NCBI GenBank assembly: GCA_023898625.1
Contig: CP060231.1
Span: forward strand, 737,890 to 801,889
From: Candidatus Nomurabacteria bacterium
GTDB lineage: Bacteria > Patescibacteriota > Saccharimonadia > Saccharimonadales > JAGQNJ01
Direction of reading: 5' to 3'
Length of the DNA: 64,000 nucleotides
Shown here: piece after piece, positions 19,170 through 29,446 of the stretch
How the letters are laid out: each line of letters opens with the position of its first letter
How positions within the stretch are numbered: the stretch's first letter is position 1
Position numbers and translations under genes: made by a program
The notes under the pieces: model-generated
The model's input: only the letters and a program-made list of their open reading frames with translations
What the model was told of the DNA's origin: nothing
The model's database searches: none

Positions 19170-20129
19170 ATGAAGTTCGCGCGTCGGATCGCTAGCCTAC
19201 TTGTTACGTTAGTTTTAATAGGTGCAATATTAATAACTTGGTTTGCAAGAGAAGATATCTATGACTGGTGGGTGTTACGCAATTATACTCCACCCCAGGA
19301 AGTAGCATCGTTGGCTGATGAAACTACTATGACTTCTCATGCTCGTCGAATATTTTATGTAAATCATCCTGATATTGCTCAGGCTTCACAATTTAATCAG
19401 GCATGTAGCCAAGAAACTTCTATTGTTATCGGATGTTATATCCCTGGTAAGGGTATCTACATTTTTAATATAACAGATCAACGACTTGCTGGAGTCAAGC
19501 AAGTAACCGCTGCCCATGAAATGCTACATGCTGCCTACGATAGGCTATCCTTGTCTGAGCAAAGACATGTCGATGCGCTAACAGAAGCTGAATATGATAA
19601 ATTAACCAATCAAAGAATTAAAGACAATGTCGAAAAATATCGCTCTCAGGATCCTTCGGTTGTATCAAACGAACTTCATTCTATATTAGCAACAGAAGTA
19701 AGCGATCTTTCGCCGGAATTGGAAAATTACTACAAACAGTATTTTACTGATCGTCAAGCAGTGGTTAGATATTCAAATCATTACGAAGCTGAATTTACTA
19801 ATCGGCAACAACAAGTTGCAAATTACGACAAACAGCTAGCAGAGTTAAAAGGCTCGATAGATGCTGGTAAAAATGAGTTAAATCTGCAGTTGAATGCATT
19901 AAAGGCTGAAAAAAATAGACTAGATAGCCTGATAAGCCAAAATAGAATAGCCGAATATAATAATGCGGTGCCTGGTTTTAATGCCAATGTTGGTTCATAT
20001 AATGTACTGGTACATAAGGTCGATAACGATATAAACACCTATAATCAAATCGTCCAATCTCGTAATAATATCGCAGGAGAGATGCAAGATTTAGCAAACT
20101 CAATAGACAGCCGACCACAAAGTTTTTAA
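19170..20129 (+). CDS. Hypothetical membrane-anchored protein with an HExxH motif and a C-terminal coiled coil
   Basis: It has an N-terminal TM helix (LLVTLVLIGAILITWF), AAHEMLHAAY and an Asn/Gln-rich heptad region. I prefer the ATG at 19170 over 19164 because TATAAT (19156-19161) ends 8 nt upstream. Confidence 0.5.
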   Translation: MKFARRIASLLVTLVLIGAILITWFAREDIYDWWVLRNYTPPQEVASLADETTMTSHARRIFYVNHPDIAQASQFNQACSQETSIVIGCYIPGKGIYIFNITDQRLAGVKQVTAAHEMLHAAYDRLSLSEQRHVDALTEAEYDKLTNQRIKDNVEKYRSQDPSVVSNELHSILATEVSDLSPELENYYKQYFTDRQAVVRYSNHYEAEFTNRQQQVANYDKQLAELKGSIDAGKNELNLQLNALKAEKNRLDSLISQNRIAEYNNAVPGFNANVGSYNVLVHKVDNDINTYNQIVQSRNNIAGEMQDLANSIDSRPQSF

Positions 20130-20149
20130 TTATCTGATAGACTAAAGTT

Positions 20150-21490
20150 ATGGCAAAGACAACAAAGAGGTATATTTGTTCAAATTGTGGGGCTGTTTCG
20201 CAGGCTTGGTCAGGTAAATGTCATGCGTGTGGAGAATGGAATAGGCTGGAGGAAGATATAATAGTATCGGTTGCTGGAACCAACAAAAATGTAGTACAAA
20301 GCCTCAAACCTCAGCCTATATCAGAGGTGATAGCCGATAAAGAGGAGCGATACCCACTGAAGTTTGGGGAGCTAGATAGAATTTTGGGTGGAGGAATAGT
20401 TAAGGGTGCGGTGATGCTTTTTGCTGGAGAGCCCGGTATTGGTAAGAGTACACTGTTAATGCAGGTATGCGATGCTTTTGCAAAACAGAATCACTCAGTG
20501 TTGTATGTTAGTGGTGAGGAATCTGCCCACCAGGTTGGAATTAGAGCAAAACGTCTTGGTGTTAACAGTGATAAGGTTAAGATTGTTTCGGGAAATGTCA
20601 CCGAGGAGATAGTCGAATTAATCAAGGTGGGTGGATACAAACTCGTAGTGGTAGACTCAATACAAACTCTTCAATGTTTAGGTGTTGGATCATCTCCAGG
20701 CAGTGTTAGTCAAATAACTAATAGTACTCACCAGTTAATGAATTGCGCTAAGCAAACATCAACTAGCTTGATAATCGTTGGTCATGTTACCAAAGAAGGC
20801 ACAATAGCTGGACCAAAAATCCTTGAACATATTGTTGACGCAGTATTTCAACTAGAAGGGGATAGATATGGTGGATTCAAGGTGCTTAGGAGCGTAAAAA
20901 ATCGTTATGGATCGACCAATGAGACTGTTTTGTTTGACATGATGGACTATGGTCTCCAACCGATAGATAATCCATCGAAAGCATTACTGGCCCAAAGGCG
21001 AATAACGGATGGATCAATAGTTCTAGCGACAATGGAAGGGTCACGCCCAATCCTAGTCGAAGTCCAGGCGCTAGTTAACAAAACAAGCTTTGGGTATCCA
21101 AAAAGGGCAACTAGTGGCCTAGACTTAAGTAGACTAAATGTTTTAGTGGCAATGCTAGAAAGACGTACAAAGTTGAATCTATCAGACAAAGACATCTATG
21201 TGAATATTGTCGGCGGGATCAAGATTCAGGAGCCGGCAAGTGATTTAGCAATATGCATGGCGATTGGTTCTGCCTCTAGAGGACTAACTCTTAAAAAAAA
21301 CTGTGTTGTCTTTGGTGAGGTTGGACTGTCTGGCGAGGTTCGTCATGTACCATTCATCGACAAAAGGATTGATGAAGCCAAGAAGCTAGGGTTTGAGGGA
21401 ACAATTGGTCCTGTAACAAAGAAAAATGATTTTCATATTACTGTAGGTGATGTAAAGGACACACTTAATATATTCCTGAAATCAAGTTAA
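20150..21490 (+). CDS. radA: DNA repair protein RadA
   Basis: 446 aa with a zinc ribbon CSNCGAVSQAWSGKCHACGEWN, Walker A GEPGIGKST, the KNRYG motif and a Lon-like C-terminal domain. Confidence 0.92.
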   Translation: MAKTTKRYICSNCGAVSQAWSGKCHACGEWNRLEEDIIVSVAGTNKNVVQSLKPQPISEVIADKEERYPLKFGELDRILGGGIVKGAVMLFAGEPGIGKSTLLMQVCDAFAKQNHSVLYVSGEESAHQVGIRAKRLGVNSDKVKIVSGNVTEEIVELIKVGGYKLVVVDSIQTLQCLGVGSSPGSVSQITNSTHQLMNCAKQTSTSLIIVGHVTKEGTIAGPKILEHIVDAVFQLEGDRYGGFKVLRSVKNRYGSTNETVLFDMMDYGLQPIDNPSKALLAQRRITDGSIVLATMEGSRPILVEVQALVNKTSFGYPKRATSGLDLSRLNVLVAMLERRTKLNLSDKDIYVNIVGGIKIQEPASDLAICMAIGSASRGLTLKKNCVVFGEVGLSGEVRHVPFIDKRIDEAKKLGFEGTIGPVTKKNDFHITVGDVKDTLNIFLKSS

Positions 21491-21506
21491 TCGAATTAAC
21501 TAGTTT

Positions 21507-24326
21507 CTAATCATCATCGTGATTATTCCATGGGTTTGGCGATTGATTATTATGTGAATTTCCGTTGTTTGATGATTGTGAAGAGTTGGAGGATGCCGTT
21601 ATAGTTTTTGAGTCGCTGGCATCGTACAGCACACTATCAGTTACTGTTGCTGTTATGGTTGGTGCAGTTCCATTTGCTGGCTTATAGTTTTGGTAAACGA
21701 CCGAACCAGAAGCACTAATTTCGTAGGAACCACCGGCAAGCTGTTGACCATCAGCAGTAAATGTAACGTTTCCTTTGAACTTATCACCGGATAGTGGGTG
21801 AGTACCTTGTACTACAGTTGCGACTAAGGTGTACTGATCACCACTCTTTTGTACGGTTAGGGTGATAGTTGGTTTTACGTCTTCGCATTTATGGACATCG
21901 TCTTTATCGTCGCCATTACCGGATCCACTTGATGAGCTATTGCCATGTAGTGTATCACTTGAGAAGGCATCAGCACCGCTATCGCTAGTTTCTTGTTTTG
22001 CTCGCGGTGGCGTACAGTCTGTGGCTAATTTACCTGATACTTGATCGAGAATTCGCTTTTCCGTTGTTGCTTTCTTAGTATTCTTATACCAAGAAGGGAA
22101 GAGATCATTATTCGGACCAGGGACACGGGCTCGACCACCGGGACTTGTCCTCTGAACATAAGCTGGTAGTGTTTGAATCCCGGCAGGCTTAGCTCGTTCT
22201 TCGGGTTTTAGATTATCATGTACCGCATTCATCCAACCCTTCCATATTGGGGAAGTCATGTTCTCCATAAATCCGCTCATATCTTTTTGTCTAGTATGGT
22301 ATCCGACCCACACCCCAGCTGCATACTGAGTAGAATACCCCATCATCCAACCGTCTTTGGAATCATTTGTAGTACCAGTTTTTACAGAAAACTTATGACC
22401 TTTGTAGTTTTGGATCTTTGTAGCCATGTAGCTAGCGTTTGGATCAGATAAAATGTCCGAAATTATATAAGCTGCTTCTGGGTTAACGGCCTGTTCGCCT
22501 TTGCTAGGCTTCCATTCATCGACAACTTTATTGTTTGAATCTTCAATTTTGAGTATATAAGTTTGAGGTATATTCAACCCATTTCGAGAAAGAGATGCAT
22601 AGCCGTGGACGTGCTCATCTAGTCGTAAGTATGCACCGTCACCAATAGCAGATGAAGCATAGCACTGAGATTCTTTTGTTAGGCTTGCGTCTGCGTAGCA
22701 CTTATAACCACTTTTTAGACCTAATTTTTCGGCAGTTTGAATAGTTTTATCTATGCCCGCAATAAGCATTGCTTTCACGGCAGGTACGTTTCGTGATCCG
22801 GCTAGACCATAGCGGATAGTTGTTGGTCCAGGGTATCTGAAATCATAGTCCCAAAGACAGTTTCCACCTTGCTGAGGACGTTGTTTATTTGTGCAGGGGT
22901 AACCTTCAACTGGACCTTGAGTATCATATAATACCGAACCTGCTCCAGAATTGGTGGTGTTTTCAATGAGTGTTGTATAGTCGTATGGCTTAAAGCTGGA
23001 TCCTGGTGGTAGGCGCATCCGTGCATAATTGTTTTGGCCAAAATCCGGATTACTAAAGTCACTACCTCCAACCAGCGCAACTATTTGCCCGGTTTTAACA
23101 TCTTCTGCGGCAAAGGCAGCAACATCCCCACCTTGTCGGCGTACTTGTTTTAGTCCTTTACTAACTTGCTCTTCGGCTTTTTGTTGCAGATCAAGGTCTA
23201 GAGTAGTAGTCACTTTCCATCCACTCCTCTTTACTGCGTCTTGTCCTCTAGTCTGTTCTAGTTGCTCTTTGGCTGCCAAAACAAACCAGGGTGATTTTAT
23301 ACCATCATATTTAGGTTTGCGAGGCTTGACCTTGGCAACTGTGTCAACTTTTTTTGCTTCCTCTTTTTCCTCGGCAGTTATCATTCCTTGATCAGTCATT
23401 TGGTCTAATACATAGTGCTGACGACCAACAAAAGCATCTTTATCGAAGCTATTGCTATACGGAGAATAGTAGGTTGGCGATTTTGGAATAGTAGCAAGCA
23501 TGGCCGCCTCATCTAAGGTTAAGTCTTTTGCTGACTTTTCAAAATAATCTCTGGATGCTGCCTCAACTCCGTATTCAATCCCTCCGTAAGGGGCAGTGTC
23601 TAGATAACCAGCCAGTATCTGTTGCTTAGAATATTCTCTTTCTAACTCAACAGACAAGATAAGCTCTTTAACTTTACGAGTATAAGTTTGGTCTTTAGTC
23701 CAATCCTGAGATAGCTTTACAAGTTGTTGGGTTATGGTTGAACCACCTTGTTGGCCACCGCTGAGTCCAAAGACGTTATTAACCCCAGCACGCATAATGC
23801 CTCTTACATCGAATCCGCCATGCTTATAAAAATCACGATCTTCTATGGCTACAGTGGCATCTTTCATGTATTTATTGATGCCATTTTCTCCCACAGGTAT
23901 TCGTTTAACAGCATCGTAATCTTCAAATAATAAAACTTGGCCTGTTCTATCATAATATCTTATGCTTCCTCCAATATTATTGCCAGATATGTCCTTAAGG
24001 TTAGGTAAATCCTTTCGAAAGTAGGCAAACATACCAGCTAGCAGAACAAACCCGACAATGAATGACAGCCCAACAATCTTGAGCGCCATTATCCCACCTT
24101 CACGGCTAAACCAATAGGCTGCTAGTCGTTTAGGATGTAATCGATAGAAGAATCTTTTAAAACGAGATTTAGGCATGCCACTTAAGCGTTCAGCTTTGCG
24201 TAATGCTTTGCTGTCCTTCATCCCCTGAACACGCTGTGAGAGGCTTCTGTTTACTTTTACGCTTTTGCCACTTCTTGTAGTAAATACGTTTTTATTAACG
24301 CGCCCACGACGTTTTGATGTTTTCAT
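21507..24326 (-). CDS. Class A penicillin-binding protein (transglycosylase/transpeptidase) with a long C-terminal extension
   Basis: 939 aa. GT51 motifs are present (EDRDFYKHGG, GGSTITQQLVK), as are the transpeptidase motifs SSFKP, SRN and KTGTT. The C-terminal ~190 aa are Ser/Asn-rich beta-type sequence. Confidence 0.9.
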   Translation of the reverse strand: MKTSKRRGRVNKNVFTTRSGKSVKVNRSLSQRVQGMKDSKALRKAERLSGMPKSRFKRFFYRLHPKRLAAYWFSREGGIMALKIVGLSFIVGFVLLAGMFAYFRKDLPNLKDISGNNIGGSIRYYDRTGQVLLFEDYDAVKRIPVGENGINKYMKDATVAIEDRDFYKHGGFDVRGIMRAGVNNVFGLSGGQQGGSTITQQLVKLSQDWTKDQTYTRKVKELILSVELEREYSKQQILAGYLDTAPYGGIEYGVEAASRDYFEKSAKDLTLDEAAMLATIPKSPTYYSPYSNSFDKDAFVGRQHYVLDQMTDQGMITAEEKEEAKKVDTVAKVKPRKPKYDGIKSPWFVLAAKEQLEQTRGQDAVKRSGWKVTTTLDLDLQQKAEEQVSKGLKQVRRQGGDVAAFAAEDVKTGQIVALVGGSDFSNPDFGQNNYARMRLPPGSSFKPYDYTTLIENTTNSGAGSVLYDTQGPVEGYPCTNKQRPQQGGNCLWDYDFRYPGPTTIRYGLAGSRNVPAVKAMLIAGIDKTIQTAEKLGLKSGYKCYADASLTKESQCYASSAIGDGAYLRLDEHVHGYASLSRNGLNIPQTYILKIEDSNNKVVDEWKPSKGEQAVNPEAAYIISDILSDPNASYMATKIQNYKGHKFSVKTGTTNDSKDGWMMGYSTQYAAGVWVGYHTRQKDMSGFMENMTSPIWKGWMNAVHDNLKPEERAKPAGIQTLPAYVQRTSPGGRARVPGPNNDLFPSWYKNTKKATTEKRILDQVSGKLATDCTPPRAKQETSDSGADAFSSDTLHGNSSSSGSGNGDDKDDVHKCEDVKPTITLTVQKSGDQYTLVATVVQGTHPLSGDKFKGNVTFTADGQQLAGGSYEISASGSVVYQNYKPANGTAPTITATVTDSVLYDASDSKTITASSNSSQSSNNGNSHNNQSPNPWNNHDDD

Positions 24327-24445
24327 TTAAGTACTATTCCTCATCGTTATGTAGATATTATAGCAAAAATAACCATAATTAAAGCCATAATTTTAATGTT
24401 TTGTTCTCCTATAAAAATTTGTCAATCTGTATTATGATAGTAATC

Positions 24446-25693
24446 ATGACATTATCAGAAGAACTAAAGTGGCGAGGTTTTATCAATCAAACCACCATAT
24501 CTAATCTACAAATCTTAGATGAGAAAAAGCTGAAATTTTATCATGGTTATGATGCTTCTGTCGATTCGTTAACTATCGGTAATTTAGCTGCAATTATGAT
24601 GGATAAGGTATTTATTCGTCACGGGTGGCAACCGGTTATTTTGTCGGGCGGGGCAACCAGTTTGATTGGAGACCCAGGGGGTAAAGATTCTGAAAGGCCA
24701 ATGCAATCAGTTGACCAGGTGACTCACAATGTTGATTCAGTAACAAAGCAGATCGCCAAACTTTTTGGGAGTGAGATTGAATTCGTTAACAATCTTGATT
24801 GGTTTAGCAACATGAATGTCTTAGAGTTTTTACGAGATGTTGGCAAACATTTTAGTATGACACCTTTAACCCAAAGAGATTATATTGCTAAACGCCTAGG
24901 CGATGGAGGAAGCGGAATAAGCTATACTGAATTTAGTTATACTCTTCTTCAGGGTTATGATTTCTTGTATTTATATAAGAATTACGGGGTTGTTCTGCAG
25001 TTAGCTGGTAGCGACCAGTGGGGAAATTCATTATCTGGAGTTGACTTAGTAAGGCGTGTTGAGGGAGCAGAGGTTAACGTATTAACATGCCCTCTTATTA
25101 TCAATAAAGCTACTGGAAAAAAGTTTGGAAAAAGTGAAGCTGGTGCAGTATGGCTAGATTCTGAAAGAACGTCAATATATCAGTTGTATCAATTTTGGCT
25201 GAATGTTGACGACGAAGGTGTGGAAGATTATCTTAAAATCTACACTGAACTTTCAAAAGAGCAAATCGATGAGATTATTCAAAAGTTTAGTAATGATAAG
25301 TCAAAGCGTCTGGCACAGAAGACCTTAGCCTATGAGGTTACTAAATTAGTTCATGGCAAAGACTCTGCAGATGCTGTGGTGCGCGTAACGGATGTACTGT
25401 TTGGATCGAGCGACTATTCTTTATTAAAATCTGAAGACTTCGTTGTTTTGAAGACAGAGTTGCCCTTAATATCTACAAACTCTAACTCTTTGATATCTAA
25501 ATCACTGGTTGAAAATGGTTTTATCCAATCAAATTCTGAGGTAAGAAGGCAAATTCAGCAAAAGAGTCTATATATAAATGGCGTATCACTGTCCGAAGAT
25601 CGACCATGGAATAGTGCTGACTTTATTGATGGCCACCATGCAATTATCAGGCGTGGTAAAAACCATAACGCCATTGTTCAACTAGATCAATAA
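24446..25693 (+). CDS. tyrS: Tyrosine--tRNA ligase
   Basis: Matches the TyrRS core (GGATSLIGDPGGKDSERP, KFGKSE) and has a C-terminal S4 domain. I chose the start at ATG 24446 (MTLSEELKWRGF). Confidence 0.9.
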   Translation: MTLSEELKWRGFINQTTISNLQILDEKKLKFYHGYDASVDSLTIGNLAAIMMDKVFIRHGWQPVILSGGATSLIGDPGGKDSERPMQSVDQVTHNVDSVTKQIAKLFGSEIEFVNNLDWFSNMNVLEFLRDVGKHFSMTPLTQRDYIAKRLGDGGSGISYTEFSYTLLQGYDFLYLYKNYGVVLQLAGSDQWGNSLSGVDLVRRVEGAEVNVLTCPLIINKATGKKFGKSEAGAVWLDSERTSIYQLYQFWLNVDDEGVEDYLKIYTELSKEQIDEIIQKFSNDKSKRLAQKTLAYEVTKLVHGKDSADAVVRVTDVLFGSSDYSLLKSEDFVVLKTELPLISTNSNSLISKSLVENGFIQSNSEVRRQIQQKSLYINGVSLSEDRPWNSADFIDGHHAIIRRGKNHNAIVQLDQ

Positions 25694-25714
25694 AAACTGA
25701 TATACTGTTTTGGT

Positions 25715-26512
25715 ATGACAAAACATAGTAAGAAAGCAATCGAACAATCGAAACATCCAAAAAAGAAAGCAGATCAATATGATAGCGGAAACTACAATTA
25801 CTTAAAATATTGGAAAGGTCGCGATTACGAGCATGCTTCTGAAGAAATGGCCATACATCGACTATTAAAAGATAAGCATTTCAAAAAGGCCGTCGATATT
25901 GGAGGTGGTTATGGACGATTATGTATTCTGCTTCAGCAATATGCAGATGACGTTACATTAGCAGAGCCTAGTCAACAGCAACTGAATATTGCTAAAGATT
26001 ACCTTGAAGATTATCCAGAGGTGCATCAGATAAAAATGCAAGCCGATGATTTAAAGTTCAAAGACAGCTCGGTAGATTTAATAACTATGATTCGAGTTAT
26101 GCATCATCTACCAGATCCTTCAGCAGAGTTTAAGGAGCTAGCCCGCGTATTAAGCGATAATGGAGTTTTAATACTAGAGATGGCCAACTATGCTCACGGC
26201 CGAAATAGACTTAAACATGCGCTAAAACTTAAGAAATTACCCGTTGAACCGGTTGATATCAGAAGTGCCAAGAACAAGCGTGATGATGAAGTTGCGTTTG
26301 TCAATCATAATCCCAAAACCGTAGTCAAACAACTTGCCCATGCAGGATTAAAAGTAGATAAAGTATTGTCAGTCTCTAACTTACGATCAACAACATTAAA
26401 AAAATATGTACCTCAGAGTGTCATGTTATCCCTAGAGACATTTCTTCAATCAGCATTAGCTAAGACATATTTTGGTCCAAGCGTATTCTTTTTAGTAAAA
26501 AAAGCAAAATAA
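25715..26512 (+). CDS. Class I SAM-dependent methyltransferase
   Basis: 265 aa with motif I VDIGGGYGRL and the post-I/II pattern typical of the Methyltransf_11/25 type. Confidence 0.7.
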   Translation: MTKHSKKAIEQSKHPKKKADQYDSGNYNYLKYWKGRDYEHASEEMAIHRLLKDKHFKKAVDIGGGYGRLCILLQQYADDVTLAEPSQQQLNIAKDYLEDYPEVHQIKMQADDLKFKDSSVDLITMIRVMHHLPDPSAEFKELARVLSDNGVLILEMANYAHGRNRLKHALKLKKLPVEPVDIRSAKNKRDDEVAFVNHNPKTVVKQLAHAGLKVDKVLSVSNLRSTTLKKYVPQSVMLSLETFLQSALAKTYFGPSVFFLVKKAK

Positions 26513-26537
26513 ATTAACTAAGAGTATACTACTGATT

Positions 26538-28571
26538 GTGCACTTGAGTGATAATATTAGCGCAATATCTGGAGTAGGCGACAAGCTAGCAAAGCTATAT
26601 TCAAAGCTTGGATTGTCAACCGTCGAGGATTTATTAACCAACTATCCCAGGAAGTACAACGACTACTCAAAAGTTGAAACAATCGATCGAATAAAGCCTG
26701 GTCAAGTATCAATCAAGTCTAAAATCAAGCAGATTAAAGGTCGATACATTAGGGGTGGTTTGCACATTACCGAAGCAGTAGCAAGCGATGAAACGGGCAG
26801 TGTTAGGTTAGTTTGGTTCAATCAGCCATACAGAGCTAATGGTATGAACGAAAACGAAGATTATTATATTTCAGGCTTGTTCGAGTTTCGCTATAAACGG
26901 CTATCAATAACAAATCCAGCAACCGAATTAGTGTCATCATTTCCAATAAACACAGCAAGAATTATTCCAATATATAGAGAAACCAAAGGGCTTACCTCCA
27001 GGCAAATTCGCAAGTCAATAAAAGCTGCGCTTTCAACTCAAGATTTAATACCTGAGACTTTACCTCCTAGCTTGGTTCGTGAGCAAAAATTGATTAGTCG
27101 CTCACGAGCTATCAAGTTAAAGCATTTTCCAAATAACTCAAAAGATCTTATCGATGCAGATGAGCGTTTAGGGTTCGAAGAATTATTCGAAATAATTTTG
27201 GCTTCACAATATGCACGCCGAGATATAAATCAAACTGGTGGTATAAAGATAGATTTCGATGCAGAGTTAGCTAAGGCCTTTACTCAAGGACTTCCTTTTA
27301 CCTTAACAGATGGACAAAAGAAAGCGATTTGGCAGTCATATATTGATATTGGGTCTGGAAAATTAATGAATAGGCTGATTGAAGGTGATGTTGGCTCTGG
27401 TAAAACAGTCGTGGCAACAATGATTGCTGTTATGGTCATGTCCAAGGGTTATCAAGTGGCTTTATTGGCACCAACTGAAATCCTTGCTCAGCAACATGCC
27501 TCAACAATACGGGATTTACTCAAACCACTAGGTCAAGAGGATCAAGTGGTTGCCTTAACAGGGTCGTTATCGGCAACCAAAAAAAATCATATCCGAGAAG
27601 ATATCAAGCAGTCAAAGAAATTATTCGTAGTTGGAACGCACGCTTTGATTCAGGATTCTGTTGACATCAAAAGACTTGCTTTGGTTATAGTAGACGAACA
27701 GCATCGATTTGGTGTTGAACAACGTCAAAAATTACTATCTAAAGTCGGGCATATGCCTCATATGTTAAGTCTCACTGCAACTCCAATTCCAAGAAGTCTC
27801 GCCCTAACCATATTTGGTGAGCTAGACATTTCAATACTTAGTCAAAAACCAAAAAATCGGTTACCAATTATTACTGAACTTGTGAAGCCAACTGATCGCC
27901 AAAAAGCATACAAAGACGTGACAAGACAGCTAGAATCTGGTCGACAGGTGTTTGTGGTTTGTCCGTTAATTAATGAATCGGATGTATTGCAGGCAAAATC
28001 TGTGGAGAATACGTTCAGCGAGATTGAGCAAATCTTTAAAGAATATAAGGTGGATTTGCTACATGGACGCATGAAGGCAGACGATAAACAGCGAGTCATG
28101 GAAGAATTCACCAAAGGGAAAACGCATATTCTTGTTTCGACGACTGTTATAGAAGTTGGTGTTGATATTCCAAATGCAACTGTTATGTTGATCGAAGCGC
28201 CAGAAAGGTTTGGACTAGCTCAGCTTCATCAACTTCGTGGACGAGTTGGCCGTAGCTCACATCAAGGTTACTGTCATCTGATGCTTAGTGATTCGAATTC
28301 AGTATCACGTAGATTGCGAGCAATTGAGTCAACAAATGATGGATTCAAATTAGCAGAACTAGACTTAGAAATCAGGGGTGCTGGATCATTGTACGGCACT
28401 AGCCAGCATGGAGAACTAGATCTGAAAATTGCCGATTTTACAGATACAAAATTGATAGCTAGAGCCCAAAAGTCAGCAAAAGTGTTTATGCAAAATGACG
28501 AAAATCTGTTAAAATATCCCTATATCAAGAAAAGGATTCATGAGCTTCAATCTGTAGTTCATCTGAATTAA
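26538..28571 (+). CDS. recG: ATP-dependent DNA helicase RecG
   Basis: 677 aa with a wedge/OB N-terminus and helicase motifs GDVGSGKT, DEQHRFG, TATPIPR and QLRGRVGR. It uses a GTG start. Confidence 0.92.
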   Translation: MHLSDNISAISGVGDKLAKLYSKLGLSTVEDLLTNYPRKYNDYSKVETIDRIKPGQVSIKSKIKQIKGRYIRGGLHITEAVASDETGSVRLVWFNQPYRANGMNENEDYYISGLFEFRYKRLSITNPATELVSSFPINTARIIPIYRETKGLTSRQIRKSIKAALSTQDLIPETLPPSLVREQKLISRSRAIKLKHFPNNSKDLIDADERLGFEELFEIILASQYARRDINQTGGIKIDFDAELAKAFTQGLPFTLTDGQKKAIWQSYIDIGSGKLMNRLIEGDVGSGKTVVATMIAVMVMSKGYQVALLAPTEILAQQHASTIRDLLKPLGQEDQVVALTGSLSATKKNHIREDIKQSKKLFVVGTHALIQDSVDIKRLALVIVDEQHRFGVEQRQKLLSKVGHMPHMLSLTATPIPRSLALTIFGELDISILSQKPKNRLPIITELVKPTDRQKAYKDVTRQLESGRQVFVVCPLINESDVLQAKSVENTFSEIEQIFKEYKVDLLHGRMKADDKQRVMEEFTKGKTHILVSTTVIEVGVDIPNATVMLIEAPERFGLAQLHQLRGRVGRSSHQGYCHLMLSDSNSVSRRLRAIESTNDGFKLAELDLEIRGAGSLYGTSQHGELDLKIADFTDTKLIARAQKSAKVFMQNDENLLKYPYIKKRIHELQSVVHLN

Positions 28572-28616
28572 CCGAAAGGATCTGTTACGAGTAAGTAACA
28601 TGAAGACAACAAAGAT

Positions 28617-29444
28617 ATGTATTCTGGAACAACTCTAACGCCTGTTTCTGGGCGTATTATGGGCGCTCATCAAAAGTTTGACCGTGTTGCTCGTAATCAA
28701 CTTAGCAAGATATTGCCAAACGATAAGGTTTTCCCTAGCTCTAGAAAAATATTGCATTTTGAAGGAAGGAAAGGGCCGGATGCTATTAAGCGAAAGAGTC
28801 CGGCCAGGGATGAACCGTGGCACTATTATAGTCCTTTTGATAACAACGACTCACAGTTGATAGAGTTAATACAATCACATTATTCACAATTGGTTAAAGA
28901 GCTTAAAAATGATAATAAAGAACGAGTAGCCTTCGAATCCGCTTGGTTGGCTCATGCTATTGTTGATGGCCTAACCCCTGCTCATCACTATCCATATGAG
29001 GAAGAGCTTAGTAAAATACGTGGATCAGGCAAAGAAACAAGAACGACTGTCCGTGAAAAGCTCCTTCCAAAAGGCGAAACAAAACGGGACACCCTTAAAA
29101 AAAGTTGGAAAGTTTACGGGCCAAAAGGTTTGATGAGCACCCATGGATTATTTGAGCTCGGCGTGGCTTTCATTATTGCCCCTTTAAGTATGTCAAATGC
29201 CACAATAACAGAGCAGGATATCAATAATGCTCAGGTTCTTGGAGTCGTTGAGCTGTTTCGAAGAACAGCTCGTGAAATTGCCGTCTTAGACATGTTTGAA
29301 AGATTCAAAGATCGAGGTTGGACAACTAAATTGATGATGGATGTTCGCAATAAACTAGCTCCGTCAATCTCAAAAATGATAACCATGTCTTGGTACTTAG
29401 CGTTGGTTGATGCCAAGCTCATCGAACCTCGGGATATTATTTAG
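28617..29444 (+). CDS. Hypothetical protein, possibly zinc-dependent phospholipase C-like fold
   Basis: 275 aa. The pattern H..(F)DRVA ... PWHYYSP ... AWLAHAIVDGLTPAHH resembles the His/Asp metal-ligand spacing of the zinc PLC/P1-nuclease superfamily. This is a weak call made by eye. Confidence 0.3.
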   Translation: MYSGTTLTPVSGRIMGAHQKFDRVARNQLSKILPNDKVFPSSRKILHFEGRKGPDAIKRKSPARDEPWHYYSPFDNNDSQLIELIQSHYSQLVKELKNDNKERVAFESAWLAHAIVDGLTPAHHYPYEEELSKIRGSGKETRTTVREKLLPKGETKRDTLKKSWKVYGPKGLMSTHGLFELGVAFIIAPLSMSNATITEQDINNAQVLGVVELFRRTAREIAVLDMFERFKDRGWTTKLMMDVRNKLAPSISKMITMSWYLALVDAKLIEPRDII

Positions 29445-29446
29445 GT

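Noticed and set aside
24327-24445. T-box or other riboswitch leaders upstream of tyrS (also hisS, 33892-34043)
   Set aside because: There is no T-box consensus (AAUUAGGGUGGUACCGCG-like) and no specifier or antiterminator architecture. The spacers are short and the -10 elements abut the start codons.
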